Origin: Actinomycetota bacterium
GTDB taxonomy: Bacteria; Actinomycetota; Acidimicrobiia; Spongiisociales; UBA5794
Direction: 5' to 3'
NCBI GenBank assembly: GCA_011371355.1
Contig: DRQR01000179.1
Span: 1-44,212 of the forward strand
DNA: 44,212 nucleotides
Positions 1 through 8,833 of this stretch are shown here, piece by piece; position 1 is the first letter of the stretch, and every line of letters begins with the position of its first letter. Position numbers and translations under genes: made by a program. Under the pieces are notes generated by a model. It ran no database searches. It saw only the letters and a program-made list of their open reading frames with translations, and was not told the origin of the DNA.

Positions 1-107
1 CCCGCCGCGTAGAGCCACGCGGCCATCTGCGTGTAGAGATACGAGGCCTGGAACTCCCGGGTGAGCTGCTCGTTGAAGGCCTTGATCATCGTGTCGCTGA
101 GCCGCAT
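1..107 (-). CDS. ferritin (non-haem Ftn-like), N-terminal ~35 codons only; the gene runs off the left edge
   Basis: Reverse-strand translation from ATG at 107-105 gives MRLSDTMIKAFNEQLTREFQASYLYTQMAAWLYAA. This matches the ferritin helix-A pattern (..LNEQ...E..AS..Y..MA.W). AAGGAGG lies at 120-114, 6 nt upstream of the ATG. The ORF is absent from the supplied track because it is truncated. Confidence 0.7.
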   Translation of the reverse strand, partial: MRLSDTMIKAFNEQLTREFQASYLYTQMAAWLYAA

Positions 108-172
108 CTCGGGCCTCCTTCGCTCGAGACGACCCCGATGGTACCCCTGGGGGTGGCGAGTACGATCGGGCC

Positions 173-724
173 GTGGCCCTCGTCCTCCGTTCCGGCGCCG
201 ACGTCCCCGCCATGGAGCGGGCCGGCCTCGAGACGACCCCGGACGGCCGACGCCTCTCGGCGGTCCAGCTCCGCGCCCACGCAGCGGCCTCCTACGAGCT
301 CCGTCTCTCCATCCTCGTCGACGGCGACTGGCGTCCTCGCACCGTCGCCGCCCGCATCGAGGGCGCCGGCGAAGCACGGGCGCTCGCCCTCACCGGGGAC
401 GGCGCCGGCACCTGGACCGCCGGGGAGGAGCCCCTCGTCGCCCTCTACGGGGCCGTGGACGTCTCGGCCGCCTGGACTCCCCTCGGACTCACCCCGGCCA
501 TCCGGCGGCTCGATCTCTCGGTCGGCGAGACCGGCGAGCTCGTCGTCGTGGAGATCCCGTTTCCCGGACGGGACCTCGCCCGGGTCCGATACCGGCTCCA
601 CCGTCTCGACCCGGACCACTACGAGCTCACCACCGGCGAGGGCCGCCACGTCCTCCAGGTGGCCGACGACGGCCTCGTCACCTCGTGGCCCGGTCGGTGG
701 GAGCGCGTCCTCCACGAGGCCTGA
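173..724 (+). CDS. putative glycolipid-binding-domain-like protein, function unknown
   Basis: 183-aa ORF with a GTG start. The SYELRL, TPAIRRLDL and C-terminal VADDGLVTSWPGRWERV segments resemble the family I recall as 'putative glycolipid-binding' (recalled similarity, not searched). TACGAT (161-166) lies 6 nt upstream of the GTG, which suggests a leaderless start. Confidence 0.5.
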   Translation: MALVLRSGADVPAMERAGLETTPDGRRLSAVQLRAHAAASYELRLSILVDGDWRPRTVAARIEGAGEARALALTGDGAGTWTAGEEPLVALYGAVDVSAAWTPLGLTPAIRRLDLSVGETGELVVVEIPFPGRDLARVRYRLHRLDPDHYELTTGEGRHVLQVADDGLVTSWPGRWERVLHEA

Positions 725-747
725 ACGCGCGGGGGTACGCTGACGCG

Positions 748-1254
748 ATGCGGCGGCTCCTCCTCATGCGGCACGCGAAGTCGGACCGAGCGAACTGGCG
801 CGGACCGGACCGGCATCGCCCCCTCAACCGGAGGGGGCGGCACGCGGCGGCCGACGTCGCCGCCTTCGTGGCCGCGGTCGGCGAGGTTCCCGAGCTCGTG
901 GTCAGCTCCCCCGCGGTGCGTGCCGAGACCACCGCCCGCATCCTCGTCGAGGCCTGGGGAACGCCGTTGCGACTCGACGACCGGCTCTACGGTGGCGGCG
1001 TCGCCGACGTCCTCGCCGTCGTCGCCGCCCACCCCGTCGACCGACTCCTCGTCGTCGGTCACGAGCCGACCTGCTCGACGGTGGTCCGCCGTCTCACCGG
1101 CGGTGACGTCGCCATGCGCACGGCCACCCTCGCCGGGATCGATCTCGAAGCCGGCCTCCGCCGCGGCACGCTCCGCTACCTCCTCCAGCCGCGGCTGCTC
1201 GAGACGGCACGGCGCCGTGGCATCCTGGAGAAGGCCCCGAGGAGGGAACCGTGA
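748..1254 (+). CDS. SixA-like histidine phosphatase family protein
   Basis: ATG at 748 lies inside the longer 61..1254 ORF. The product starts [12 protein letters not shown]...RPLNRRGR (RHG phosphatase motif) and has a later LLVVGHEP His motif, 168 aa in all. The upstream part of the ORF is Arg/Pro junk. Confidence 0.75.
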   Translation: MRRLLLMRHAKSDRANWRGPDRHRPLNRRGRHAAADVAAFVAAVGEVPELVVSSPAVRAETTARILVEAWGTPLRLDDRLYGGGVADVLAVVAAHPVDRLLVVGHEPTCSTVVRRLTGGDVAMRTATLAGIDLEAGLRRGTLRYLLQPRLLETARRRGILEKAPRREP

Positions 1255-2282
1255 TCGATCTTCGCAGCGACACCGTCACCCGCCCCACGCCGGGCATGCG
1301 GAAGGCGATGGCCGAGGCCGAGGTCGGCGACGACGTCTACCACGACGACCCCACCGTGAACCGTCTCGAGGAGCGGGTGGCCGACCTCCTCGGCCGCGAG
1401 GCCGCGGTGTTCGTACCCACCGGCACCATGGCGAACCAGATCTCCCTTCGCCACCACACCGAGCCGGGAGACACGGTGATCGTCGCCCGCGGCGCCCACC
1501 TCGCCCACCACGAGCTCAACGCCGGCGCGGCCCTTTCGGGGGTCGCCATCCACGAGCTCGACGGCGACGACGGAACCTTCACCGCCGCCCAGCTCGAGGC
1601 CGTCTTCCCCACACCGGGTCCGTCCCTGCCGTACTGGCTCTCCCCACCGGTCGGCCTCGTCGCCCTCGAGAACACCCACAACGCCGCCGGTGGGACGATC
1701 TGGCCCCTCGAGCGCCTCTACGAGGTCGTCAACGCCGCCCACCGCCGCGGGGTCCCCGCCCACCTCGACGGGGCCCGACTCTGGAACGCCGCGGCGGCCA
1801 CGGGCATCGCCGAGGCCGATTACGCCGCGCCCTTCGACACCGTCGGCGTGTGCTTCTCGAAGGGGCTCGGGGCACCGATCGGCTCCGCCGTGGTCGGCGA
1901 TCGCGACGTCGTCGACGCGATCCGCCGACTCAAACAGCGCCACGGCGGCGGGATGCGGCAGGCGGGCATCGTCGCCGCGGGTGCCCTCTACGCCCTCGAC
2001 CACCACCGGGCCCGCCTCGTCGAGGACCACGCCCGGGCGCGGCGGTTCGCCGAGGCGCTCGCCGAACTCCCCGACGTCGACGTCGACCTCGCCCGGGTCC
2101 AGACGAACATCGTCTACTTCGCCGTCCCCGACGCCCCGGTCTTCGCCGCGCGCGCTCGCGCCGAGGGCGTCGACCTCATCGCCATGGACGCCACGACGAT
2201 CCGAGCCGTCTTCCACCTCGAGATCTCCGACCGCGACACCGAGCGCGCGATCGACGTCGTCCGGAGGGTGGCGACGTCCTGA
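1251..2282 (+). CDS. ltaE: low-specificity L-threonine aldolase
   Basis: 343 aa. [35 protein letters not shown]...[10 protein letters not shown] is the typical beta-eliminating lyase / threonine aldolase N-terminus. The GTG start overlaps the upstream stop (GTGA). Confidence 0.85.
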   Translation: MIDLRSDTVTRPTPGMRKAMAEAEVGDDVYHDDPTVNRLEERVADLLGREAAVFVPTGTMANQISLRHHTEPGDTVIVARGAHLAHHELNAGAALSGVAIHELDGDDGTFTAAQLEAVFPTPGPSLPYWLSPPVGLVALENTHNAAGGTIWPLERLYEVVNAAHRRGVPAHLDGARLWNAAAATGIAEADYAAPFDTVGVCFSKGLGAPIGSAVVGDRDVVDAIRRLKQRHGGGMRQAGIVAAGALYALDHHRARLVEDHARARRFAEALAELPDVDVDLARVQTNIVYFAVPDAPVFAARARAEGVDLIAMDATTIRAVFHLEISDRDTERAIDVVRRVATS

Positions 2283-2317
2283 GCGCCCGCCGCCTCCGGC
2301 CTCGGGACCCGGCAGGC

Positions 2318-2800
2318 TCAGACGAAGCCGATGACGACGAGCGCCACGGTCACCACGACCGCCGAGAGCACGACGATCGTTCGCATGAGCGCCGGCGAGA
2401 TGAAGTCGTCGTCGGTGGTGAGGTCCCGGACCGGGCGCACCTGGGCGATGAGGTCGTACTCCTCGACGACGTCGGGTACCGCCGCCGCCCGCTCCTGCCT
2501 CCGCCCCGCCTTCCGTTCCGCCCGGGTCGGCTTCGACTCGGTCGGCGGCTGGAGGGGAACGGCCATCGCGGCGGCGAAGGACGACGGGGATTCCGGCTTG
2601 AAGACCACCTGCTCCCCACCGAGGGCGAGGCGGAACTCCCCGGCCCGTTCGACGTCGACGCGGTATTCGCCGTCCCGCCAGACCCCGAGGAGCTCGTCGC
2701 CGGTCTCGAGCCGCAGCTCGTCGCCGTCCACCTTCACGTCGGCGACGAGTCCGTCGTCCTCGCCGGGCAGCAGCAGGTCACCGCGGAACACCTGGGTCAT
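2318..2800 (-). CDS. hypothetical tail-anchored membrane protein
   Basis: 160 aa. It has a beta-rich soluble N-terminal ~75 aa, a basic linker (KPTRAERKAGRRQERAAA) and a C-terminal hydrophobic helix (MRTIVVLSAVVVTVALVVIGFV-stop). GAGGAGG sits upstream of the ATG. It lies 103 nt downstream of dnaE2 on the same strand. Confidence 0.6.
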   Translation of the reverse strand: MTQVFRGDLLLPGEDDGLVADVKVDGDELRLETGDELLGVWRDGEYRVDVERAGEFRLALGGEQVVFKPESPSSFAAAMAVPLQPPTESKPTRAERKAGRRQERAAAVPDVVEEYDLIAQVRPVRDLTTDDDFISPALMRTIVVLSAVVVTVALVVIGFV

Positions 2801-2903
2801 CGGAGCGATCCTCCTCGGGTCGTGGGACGTTCGTGGCTTCCATCGGCAGCGGAGCGGTCGAAACTTGAACGCGGGCTCGCCGATCGCTCCGAGACGGCGG
2901 CCT

Positions 2904-5900
2904 TCACCGGAAGTTCCGGCTTCGGAGCCCCGAAGGTGCCTCGACGGGCCAGGGAGCGAACCGATGCGCCACGAGGTTCGTCACCCCGTCGCGATGCTCG
3001 ACGACCCCGTCGATCACCACGCCGAGCTCCTTGCGCGCCACCTCCCAGTGCGCCTCCCACACCTGGGGGAAGACGACGACGTTGAGGTGGCCCGTCTCGT
3101 CCTCGAGGTTCAGGAAACGCATGCCCCGGGCGGTGGCCGGACGCTGCCGATGGGTGACGAGGCCCCCGACCCGGATCCGGCGGCCGTGCTCCCTGCGGCC
3201 GAGCACGTCGGCGATCGCCCGACATCCCAACGCCGTGAGCCGTTCCCGCACGAACGCGACCGGATGGGAGGTCGACATCCCCGTCGACCAGAGATCCGCC
3301 CGCAACTCCTCCGACGCCGACATCGTCGGGAGCGCCGGCGGCTCGGCGCCGGCGACGAGCGCGAGGCGTCCCGGCCCCAGCTCGGCGAGTGCCCCCGCAG
3401 CCCACATCCCCTCCCGGCGACCGAGCCCCACCGACGAGAGCGCCCCGGCCGCGGCGAGTCCCTCGTAGGCGTCGAGGGGAAGCCCCGTACGCCGGGCGAG
3501 ATCCTCGGGCGACCGGAACGGTCCCCCCACGGCCCGCGCCGCCTCGATCCTCACGATCTCCGCCTCACCGAGGTTGCGGACGAACCGGAGGCCCAACCGG
3601 AGCGCCACGGCCGGCCGGAGCGGGTCCTCGACCGGCCCTCGGCCCCGCCGCCACGCCCCTCCCAGGTAGGACACCACGTCGTCGGGATCGGCGTCGTGGG
3701 GTTCGAGGGTGCAGTCGTAGTCGGAGGCGTTGACGTCGGGGGCGAGGACGACGACACCGTGCCGGAGCGCGTCGTGGACGAGGGAGTTCGGGCTGTAGAA
3801 GCCCATCGGCTGGGCGTTGAGGAGCCCGAGGAAGAACTCGGTCGGCCAGTGGTACTTCAGCCACGCCGCGGCATACACGATGTAGGCGAAGGACACGGCG
3901 TGGGACTCGGGGAACCCGAAGGAGGCGAAACCCTGGAGCTTCTCCCAGATCTCGTCCGCGGCCTCCCCGACGATCCCGTGGTCGGCCATTCCCGCATAGA
4001 CCTCGTCGCGCAGCCTCGCCATCGCCTCGGTCGAGCGCTTGTGGGTCATCGCCTGGCGGAGCCGATCGGATTGGGCCGGCGTGAAGCCGGCGCAGACCCG
4101 GGCGAGCTCCATGAGCTGCTCCTGGAAGATCGGCACCCCGAGGGTGCGGGCGAGGATCGGCGCCGCGGACGGATGGGGATACGTGATCTCCTCCTCGCCG
4201 TTGCGTCGCCGCAGGTAGGGATGGACGGACTGGCCCTGGATGGGTCCCGGACGGATGAGCGCCACCTCGACGGCGAGGTCGTAGAACGTCCGAGGCTTCA
4301 TCCGCGGCAACGTCGCCATCTGGGCCCGCGACTCGACCTGGAACACGCCGACGACGTCGGCCCGGCTGAGGAGCTCGTAGACGACCGGCTCCTGGTCGAT
4401 CGCGGCCAGGTCGAGGTCGACGCCGTGATGGTCGGCGATGGCGTCGACCGACAGGTGGAGGGCGTTGAGGGCGCCGAGGGCGAGGAGGTCGAACTTCACG
4501 ATGCCCATCGCCGCACAGGCGTCCTTGTCCCATTGGAGGATCGACCGATCCTCCATGCGAGCCCATTCGAGGGGGACGACCTCCCAGAGGGGACGTTTCG
4601 AGATCACCATGCCGCCCGAGTGGACGCCGAGGTGTCGAGGCACCCCGTCGAGCCGGACGCAGACGTCGACGATGCGGTCCGCGGTGAGCCCGGCGGGCAG
4701 CTCATCGAGATCGGCGATCGCCCGGGGATCCCGGGAATCGAGGTATCGGGTGAGGCCGTTCACCTGGGCCTGGGTGAGCCCGAAGGCCTTCCCGACGTCC
4801 TGGAGCACCGACCGGGCCCGATAGGTGACGACGTTGGCGACCATGGCCGCCCGTTCCCGGCCGTACCGGCGGTAACAGTACTGGATCACCTCCTCGCGAC
4901 GCTCGGCCTCGAAGTCGATGTCGATGTCGGGGGGGCGACCCCGCTCGGCCGAGAGGAAACGCTCGAAGGGCAGGCCGAGCCGGATCGGATCGACCCGGGT
5001 GAGCCCGAGGCAGCGGCAGATCGCCGAATCGGCGCCCGAACCCCGGATCTGACAGTAGATGTCCCGGGACCGGGCGAAGGAGACGAGGTCCCAGGCGACG
5101 AGGAAGTAGCCGGCGAACCCCAGCTCGGCGACGACGGCGAGTTCGTGGTCGATCCGGACGGCGGCCGCCGGCTCGATCCCGCCGGGTCCGCTCCCCGGAT
5201 AGATCGTCCGTGCCCCCTCGAGGACGAGATGCCGCAGGTACTCGTCTTCGCTCGTGAAGACCCCGGGGATCGGGTGGTCGGGGAGTTCGGGAGCGAGGAG
5301 CTCGAGGTCGAAGGCCAAGGCCGCGCCGAGGTCGGCGGCGGTCTCGGTCGCCCCTCGGTACCGGGCGAACCGCGCCGCCATCTCCTCCGGGCTCCGGAGA
5401 TACCGCAGGTCGGTCGCCGGGCGGAATCCGTCGGCTTCCTCGAGGGTGCGACGTCCACCGATCGCGGCGAGGACCTCGGCGAGGTCGGCGTCGCGGCGGT
5501 ACGCGTAGTGGACGACGTTCGTCGCCACCACCGGTAGCGACAGGCGCCGGGCCACCTCCCACAGGAGGGCGTTGCGGTCGTCGTCGTCGGGCATACCGTG
5601 GTGCCACAGCTCGACGTAGAGCCGTCCGGGGAAGAGCTCCCGGAGCCGAGCTGCGGCCCGCACGGCACCGGCGAGGTCACCGGCGGCGGCCGCCCGGGGA
5701 ACGGCTCCGAGCCGGCAGCCGGTGAGCGCGACGAGGCCCCCGTCCCGCGACGCCTCGTCGAGGTCGGCCATCGTGTACCGGGGGCCGTCCTTCACCCCGC
5801 GGAACTGTCCCCGGGAGACGAACCGCCCGATCGCCGCGTAGCCCCGGGGGTCGGGAGCGAGGAGGACGAGGTGCTCGCCCTCGGGCCGACGGGTGGGTTT

Positions 5901-6212
5901 CGTACCGTGCATCCGTCGGATCCTCCCCCGCCGAGGAGCCGACGAGGTCGCGTCGACCGGTCCGGGGCCCGGGATCGGATCGGGTTCGCCGTCGTCGGCG
6001 ACGATCGCCACCTCGGTCCCGTAGACGATGGGCAGCCCTACCGCCCGGGCCGCCTCGTGGGCGGGGACGACGCCTCGGAACCCGTCGTGGTCGGTGACGG
6101 CGAGGGCCTCGTACCCGAGTTCGGCGGCCCTGACGACGAGGTCGGCGGGATGGGAGACCCCGTCGAGGAAGGAGAAGTTCGTGTGACAGTGGAGCTCGGC
6201 GTATCGGGCCAC
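2904..6212 (-). CDS. dnaE2: error-prone DNA polymerase III alpha subunit DnaE2 (ImuC)
   Basis: 1102 aa. The N-terminal PHP domain reads ARYAELHCHTNFSFLDGVSHP...AVTDHDG. The length and sequence are DnaE2-type rather than DnaE1-type, and a LexA box lies immediately upstream. Confidence 0.9.
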   Translation of the reverse strand: MARYAELHCHTNFSFLDGVSHPADLVVRAAELGYEALAVTDHDGFRGVVPAHEAARAVGLPIVYGTEVAIVADDGEPDPIPGPGPVDATSSAPRRGRIRRMHGTKPTRRPEGEHLVLLAPDPRGYAAIGRFVSRGQFRGVKDGPRYTMADLDEASRDGGLVALTGCRLGAVPRAAAAGDLAGAVRAAARLRELFPGRLYVELWHHGMPDDDDRNALLWEVARRLSLPVVATNVVHYAYRRDADLAEVLAAIGGRRTLEEADGFRPATDLRYLRSPEEMAARFARYRGATETAADLGAALAFDLELLAPELPDHPIPGVFTSEDEYLRHLVLEGARTIYPGSGPGGIEPAAAVRIDHELAVVAELGFAGYFLVAWDLVSFARSRDIYCQIRGSGADSAICRCLGLTRVDPIRLGLPFERFLSAERGRPPDIDIDFEAERREEVIQYCYRRYGRERAAMVANVVTYRARSVLQDVGKAFGLTQAQVNGLTRYLDSRDPRAIADLDELPAGLTADRIVDVCVRLDGVPRHLGVHSGGMVISKRPLWEVVPLEWARMEDRSILQWDKDACAAMGIVKFDLLALGALNALHLSVDAIADHHGVDLDLAAIDQEPVVYELLSRADVVGVFQVESRAQMATLPRMKPRTFYDLAVEVALIRPGPIQGQSVHPYLRRRNGEEEITYPHPSAAPILARTLGVPIFQEQLMELARVCAGFTPAQSDRLRQAMTHKRSTEAMARLRDEVYAGMADHGIVGEAADEIWEKLQGFASFGFPESHAVSFAYIVYAAAWLKYHWPTEFFLGLLNAQPMGFYSPNSLVHDALRHGVVVLAPDVNASDYDCTLEPHDADPDDVVSYLGGAWRRGRGPVEDPLRPAVALRLGLRFVRNLGEAEIVRIEAARAVGGPFRSPEDLARRTGLPLDAYEGLAAAGALSSVGLGRREGMWAAGALAELGPGRLALVAGAEPPALPTMSASEELRADLWSTGMSTSHPVAFVRERLTALGCRAIADVLGRREHGRRIRVGGLVTHRQRPATARGMRFLNLEDETGHLNVVVFPQVWEAHWEVARKELGVVIDGVVEHRDGVTNLVAHRFAPWPVEAPSGLRSRNFR

Positions 6213-6219
6213 GGCCGCG

Positions 6220-6248
6220 ACCCTAGTCGAACATGTGTTCGATGTCCT
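6220..6248 (-). promoter_or_regulatory. putative dnaE2 SOS promoter: -35 AGGACA (6248-6243), 17-nt spacer, -10 TAGGGT (6225-6220)
   Basis: Read on the minus strand: AGGACA-tcgaacacatgttcgac-TAGGGT-cgcggcc-GTG. The -10 hexamer ends 7 nt before the GTG start, so a leaderless transcript is predicted. The spacer is occupied by the LexA box. Confidence 0.5.
6227..6242. promoter_or_regulatory. LexA (SOS) box TCGAACATGTGTTCGA
   Basis: This is a perfect match to the actinobacterial/mycobacterial SOS box TCGAAC-N4-GTTCGA. It lies 15 nt upstream of the dnaE2 start. The same 16-mer (17-mer counting the following T) recurs at 21716. Confidence 0.85.
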
Positions 6249-6298
6249 CGATGTCGCCGTCGTTCGTCAGCGCCGGCCCGACGGCGTACCATGGGGAC

Positions 6299-6679
6299 AT
6301 GCGGGAGTTCACCGTCACCCTCGCCAACCGGCCGGGACAGCTCGCCCAACTCGCGAAGCTCCTCGCCGACCACGGCGTCCACCTCGAGTCCCTCGCCGCG
6401 GTGGCCCTCGACGGAGAGAGCATCGTCCGCTTCCTGCCCCAAGAACCCGGCCTCGCCCGGCGCGCCCTCGACGAGGCCGGCCTCCACTACGAGGAGCATC
6501 CGGTGCTCGACACCTTCGTCCACGGGAACACCGACGCCCTCGTCGAGCTCACCGAACAGCTCGCTCGGGCCGGGGTGAACATCGAGTCGATGTACCTCCT
6601 CCACACGAACGCCGAAGGACGCCACTTCGCCCTCATCGTCGACGACACCGAGGCCGCTCGCTCGACCCTCGGCACCTGA
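6299..6679 (+). CDS. ACT domain-containing protein (tandem ACT-like halves)
   Basis: MREFTVTLANRPGQLAQLAKLLADHGVHLESL... is followed by a second half, ...ALVELTEQLARAGVNIESMYLL. I prefer the ATG at 6299 (126 aa) over the track start at 6233, because TACCAT (6287-6292) lies 6 nt upstream of it. Confidence 0.65.
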   Translation: MREFTVTLANRPGQLAQLAKLLADHGVHLESLAAVALDGESIVRFLPQEPGLARRALDEAGLHYEEHPVLDTFVHGNTDALVELTEQLARAGVNIESMYLLHTNAEGRHFALIVDDTEAARSTLGT

Positions 6680-6681
6680 GC

Positions 6682-7653
6682 TCAGCGGGCGTCGACCGCC
6701 GAGAGGGCCCAGGCGAAGCCCTCGGCAGGATCCTCGATCGCCACGTGGAGTCCCCAGCCGCCGATCCGGTCTCCCGGGTCCCACCGGTACCACCTGAGCT
6801 CGCCGAGCTCCTCGGCGAAGACCTCCGGATCGTCGGGGAGGTCCTCGTAGCCCAGCAGCTCGGCCACCACCCACCAGGCGTTGAGCCGCCCGATGGGCGT
6901 GCCCCGCCGCCGGCCGTAGGCTCCCCCCGACGCCGCCGCCCAGGCCATGTGGGCCACCGCTTCGGTGGCCGACACCTCGGAGATCCGAACCCTCCTCGGC
7001 CCCAGGGCCCGGATGGCCCCCCGAGCATCGCCGGCGACGGCGACGCACTCGGCCTTCCCACTCGACTCGTCCCACCAGGGACGGACGAGCTCCAAGAGCG
7101 CGGCGGCCGGCCCGTCGTCGGGTATCGGCTCCCCGGCGTCCCCGAGCTCCTCCCAGACCGGCTCGGTGCCGCCGGGCTCGGGGAAATCGACACGGTCGGG
7201 TCCGTAGTCGGCCACCGCGTAGGTCGGCTCCCAGCTCCCGAGGCGAAGGGGAAGCGGGATCACCGGGTCGCCGGCTCCCTCGTCGATCTCCTCTCCCCGG
7301 ATCACCCGCTCGTGGGCGACGAGGGCTCGGACCCTCGGGCTCTCCAGGTGGGGCGCGAGGTCCGAGAACCGGTGGGTCGACGCCGCGACCTCCCAGAGGG
7401 GACCGTGGCCGTATCGTCCCTTGCCCTCGGCGACCACGCGGCCCGCGTAGGCGGCGGGGGCGTCGAGGGCGAGCCGATACTCGGCGTACTCGGCGGGACC
7501 CCAGACCTGCTTGCCACGCTCGACCGCCTCCCGGCAGCGATCCCTGAGCTCGACGAGGCCGTCCCAGTCCCCCTCTCGGACCAGGCGCTCGACGTACGCG
7601 ACGAGGCCGACGAGATCGGAAGCCTCGATGAGCCCGGTGAGCGTCTCCGACAT
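6682..7653 (-). CDS. conserved hypothetical protein (323 aa), no family I can name with confidence
   Basis: This is a long ORF with normal composition and high GC3. It is convergent with the ACT gene (2-nt gap) and divergent from ychF. TAGCGT (7667-7662) lies 8 nt upstream of the ATG. Confidence 0.6.
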   Translation of the reverse strand: MSETLTGLIEASDLVGLVAYVERLVREGDWDGLVELRDRCREAVERGKQVWGPAEYAEYRLALDAPAAYAGRVVAEGKGRYGHGPLWEVAASTHRFSDLAPHLESPRVRALVAHERVIRGEEIDEGAGDPVIPLPLRLGSWEPTYAVADYGPDRVDFPEPGGTEPVWEELGDAGEPIPDDGPAAALLELVRPWWDESSGKAECVAVAGDARGAIRALGPRRVRISEVSATEAVAHMAWAAASGGAYGRRRGTPIGRLNAWWVVAELLGYEDLPDDPEVFAEELGELRWYRWDPGDRIGGWGLHVAIEDPAEGFAWALSAVDAR

Positions 7654-7741
7654 CTCCCGAGACGCTACCGAGGCCTCGGGTGATACGCGCCGGAAGGGCG
7701 ATCCGGCGCACTACGCTTCCGCCCTCACCCCGAGGTACTCC

Positions 7742-8833
7742 ATGGCCCTCCGCTGCGGCATCGTCGGTCTCCCCAACGTCGGCAAGTCGACGATCTTCAA
7801 CGCGCTCACCGCCGCGGGCATCGCCGCCGAGAACTACCCCTTCTGCACCATCGAGCCGAACGTCGGCGTCGCCGTCGTCCCCGACCCGCGGCTCGACGTC
7901 CTCGCCGAGATCGTCCGGCCCGACCGCGTCGTCCCGACGACCGTCGAGTTCGTCGACATCGCCGGACTCGTCGGCGGCGCCTCGGAGGGAGAGGGGCTCG
8001 GGAACCGCTTCCTCGCCCACATCCGAGAGGTCGACGCCGTCGCCCACGTCGTCCGCTGCTTCGAGGATCCGAACGTCACCCACGTCGCCGGCACCGTCGA
8101 TCCGGCGGCCGACATCGCCACGATCGACACCGAGCTCGCCCTCGCCGACCTCGGTACCGTCGAGCGGGCCCTCGAGCGGACCCGGCGACAGGCCCGGGCG
8201 GGGGTCGAGGGCGCTGCGGCGCGCCTCGAGGTGCTCGAGCGGCTCGAGGCTGCGCTCTCGGCGGGATCGCCGGTGCGGTCCCTCGAGCTCACGTCCGCCG
8301 AGGAGACGGTCGTCGCCGAGCTCTTCCTCCTCACCGCGAAGCCGGTCCTCTACGTCGCCAACGTGGCCGAGGGCGCCGGCCCCGACGACCCCCTCGTCGA
8401 ACCGGTGCGAAAGATCGCCCAGGCCGAAGGCGCCGACCTCGTCGTCGTCTCCGGCGAGCTCGAGGCCCAGCTCGCCGCCTTCGACGCCGAGGACCGGGCC
8501 GAACTCCTCGCCGAGTACGGCCTCGAGGAACCGGGTCTCCACCGGGTGGTGAGGGCCGCGTACCGACTGCTCGGGCTGCTCACCTTCTTCACCACCGGAC
8601 CCGAAGAAGTCCGGGCCTGGACGGTGCGTCGCGGCGCCACCGCCCCCGAGGCCGCCGGGCGGATCCACACCGACTTCGAGAAGGGCTTCATCCGCGCCGA
8701 GGTGGTCGCCTACGAGGACTTCGTCGCCCACGGCGGCGAGCAGGGGGCGAAGGAGGCCGGCAAGTGGCGGCTCGAAGGGAGGGACTACGTCGTCGCCGAG
8801 GGCGACGTGATCCGGTTCCGGTTCAACGTCTGA
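7742..8833 (+). CDS. ychF: redox-regulated ribosome-binding ATPase YchF
   Basis: MALRCGIVGLPNVGKSTIFNALT is the P-loop. The C-terminal segment TGPEEVRAWTVRRGATAPEAAGRIHTDFEKGFIRAEV is the YchF signature. ATG at 7742 lies inside the ORF 7511..8833; 363 aa. Confidence 0.9.
   Translation: MALRCGIVGLPNVGKSTIFNALTAAGIAAENYPFCTIEPNVGVAVVPDPRLDVLAEIVRPDRVVPTTVEFVDIAGLVGGASEGEGLGNRFLAHIREVDAVAHVVRCFEDPNVTHVAGTVDPAADIATIDTELALADLGTVERALERTRRQARAGVEGAAARLEVLERLEAALSAGSPVRSLELTSAEETVVAELFLLTAKPVLYVANVAEGAGPDDPLVEPVRKIAQAEGADLVVVSGELEAQLAAFDAEDRAELLAEYGLEEPGLHRVVRAAYRLLGLLTFFTTGPEEVRAWTVRRGATAPEAAGRIHTDFEKGFIRAEVVAYEDFVAHGGEQGAKEAGKWRLEGRDYVVAEGDVIRFRFNV

Noticed and set aside
61-747. N-terminal 229 residues of the 61..1254 ORF
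   Set aside because: This part is Arg/Pro-rich nonsense that overlaps the better 173..724 frame. The SixA-like domain starts at the internal ATG at 748.
2331-5537. 1068-aa plus-strand ORF
   Set aside because: It is entirely antisense to dnaE2. The translation is Arg/Pro/Gly/Glu-rich with no recognisable domain. It is a typical high-GC shadow ORF.
6038-8731. 897-aa minus-strand ORF spanning the ACT gene, the 323-aa gene and ychF
   Set aside because: The product is low-complexity (G/R/P/E). It cuts across three well-supported genes in other frames or on the other strand.
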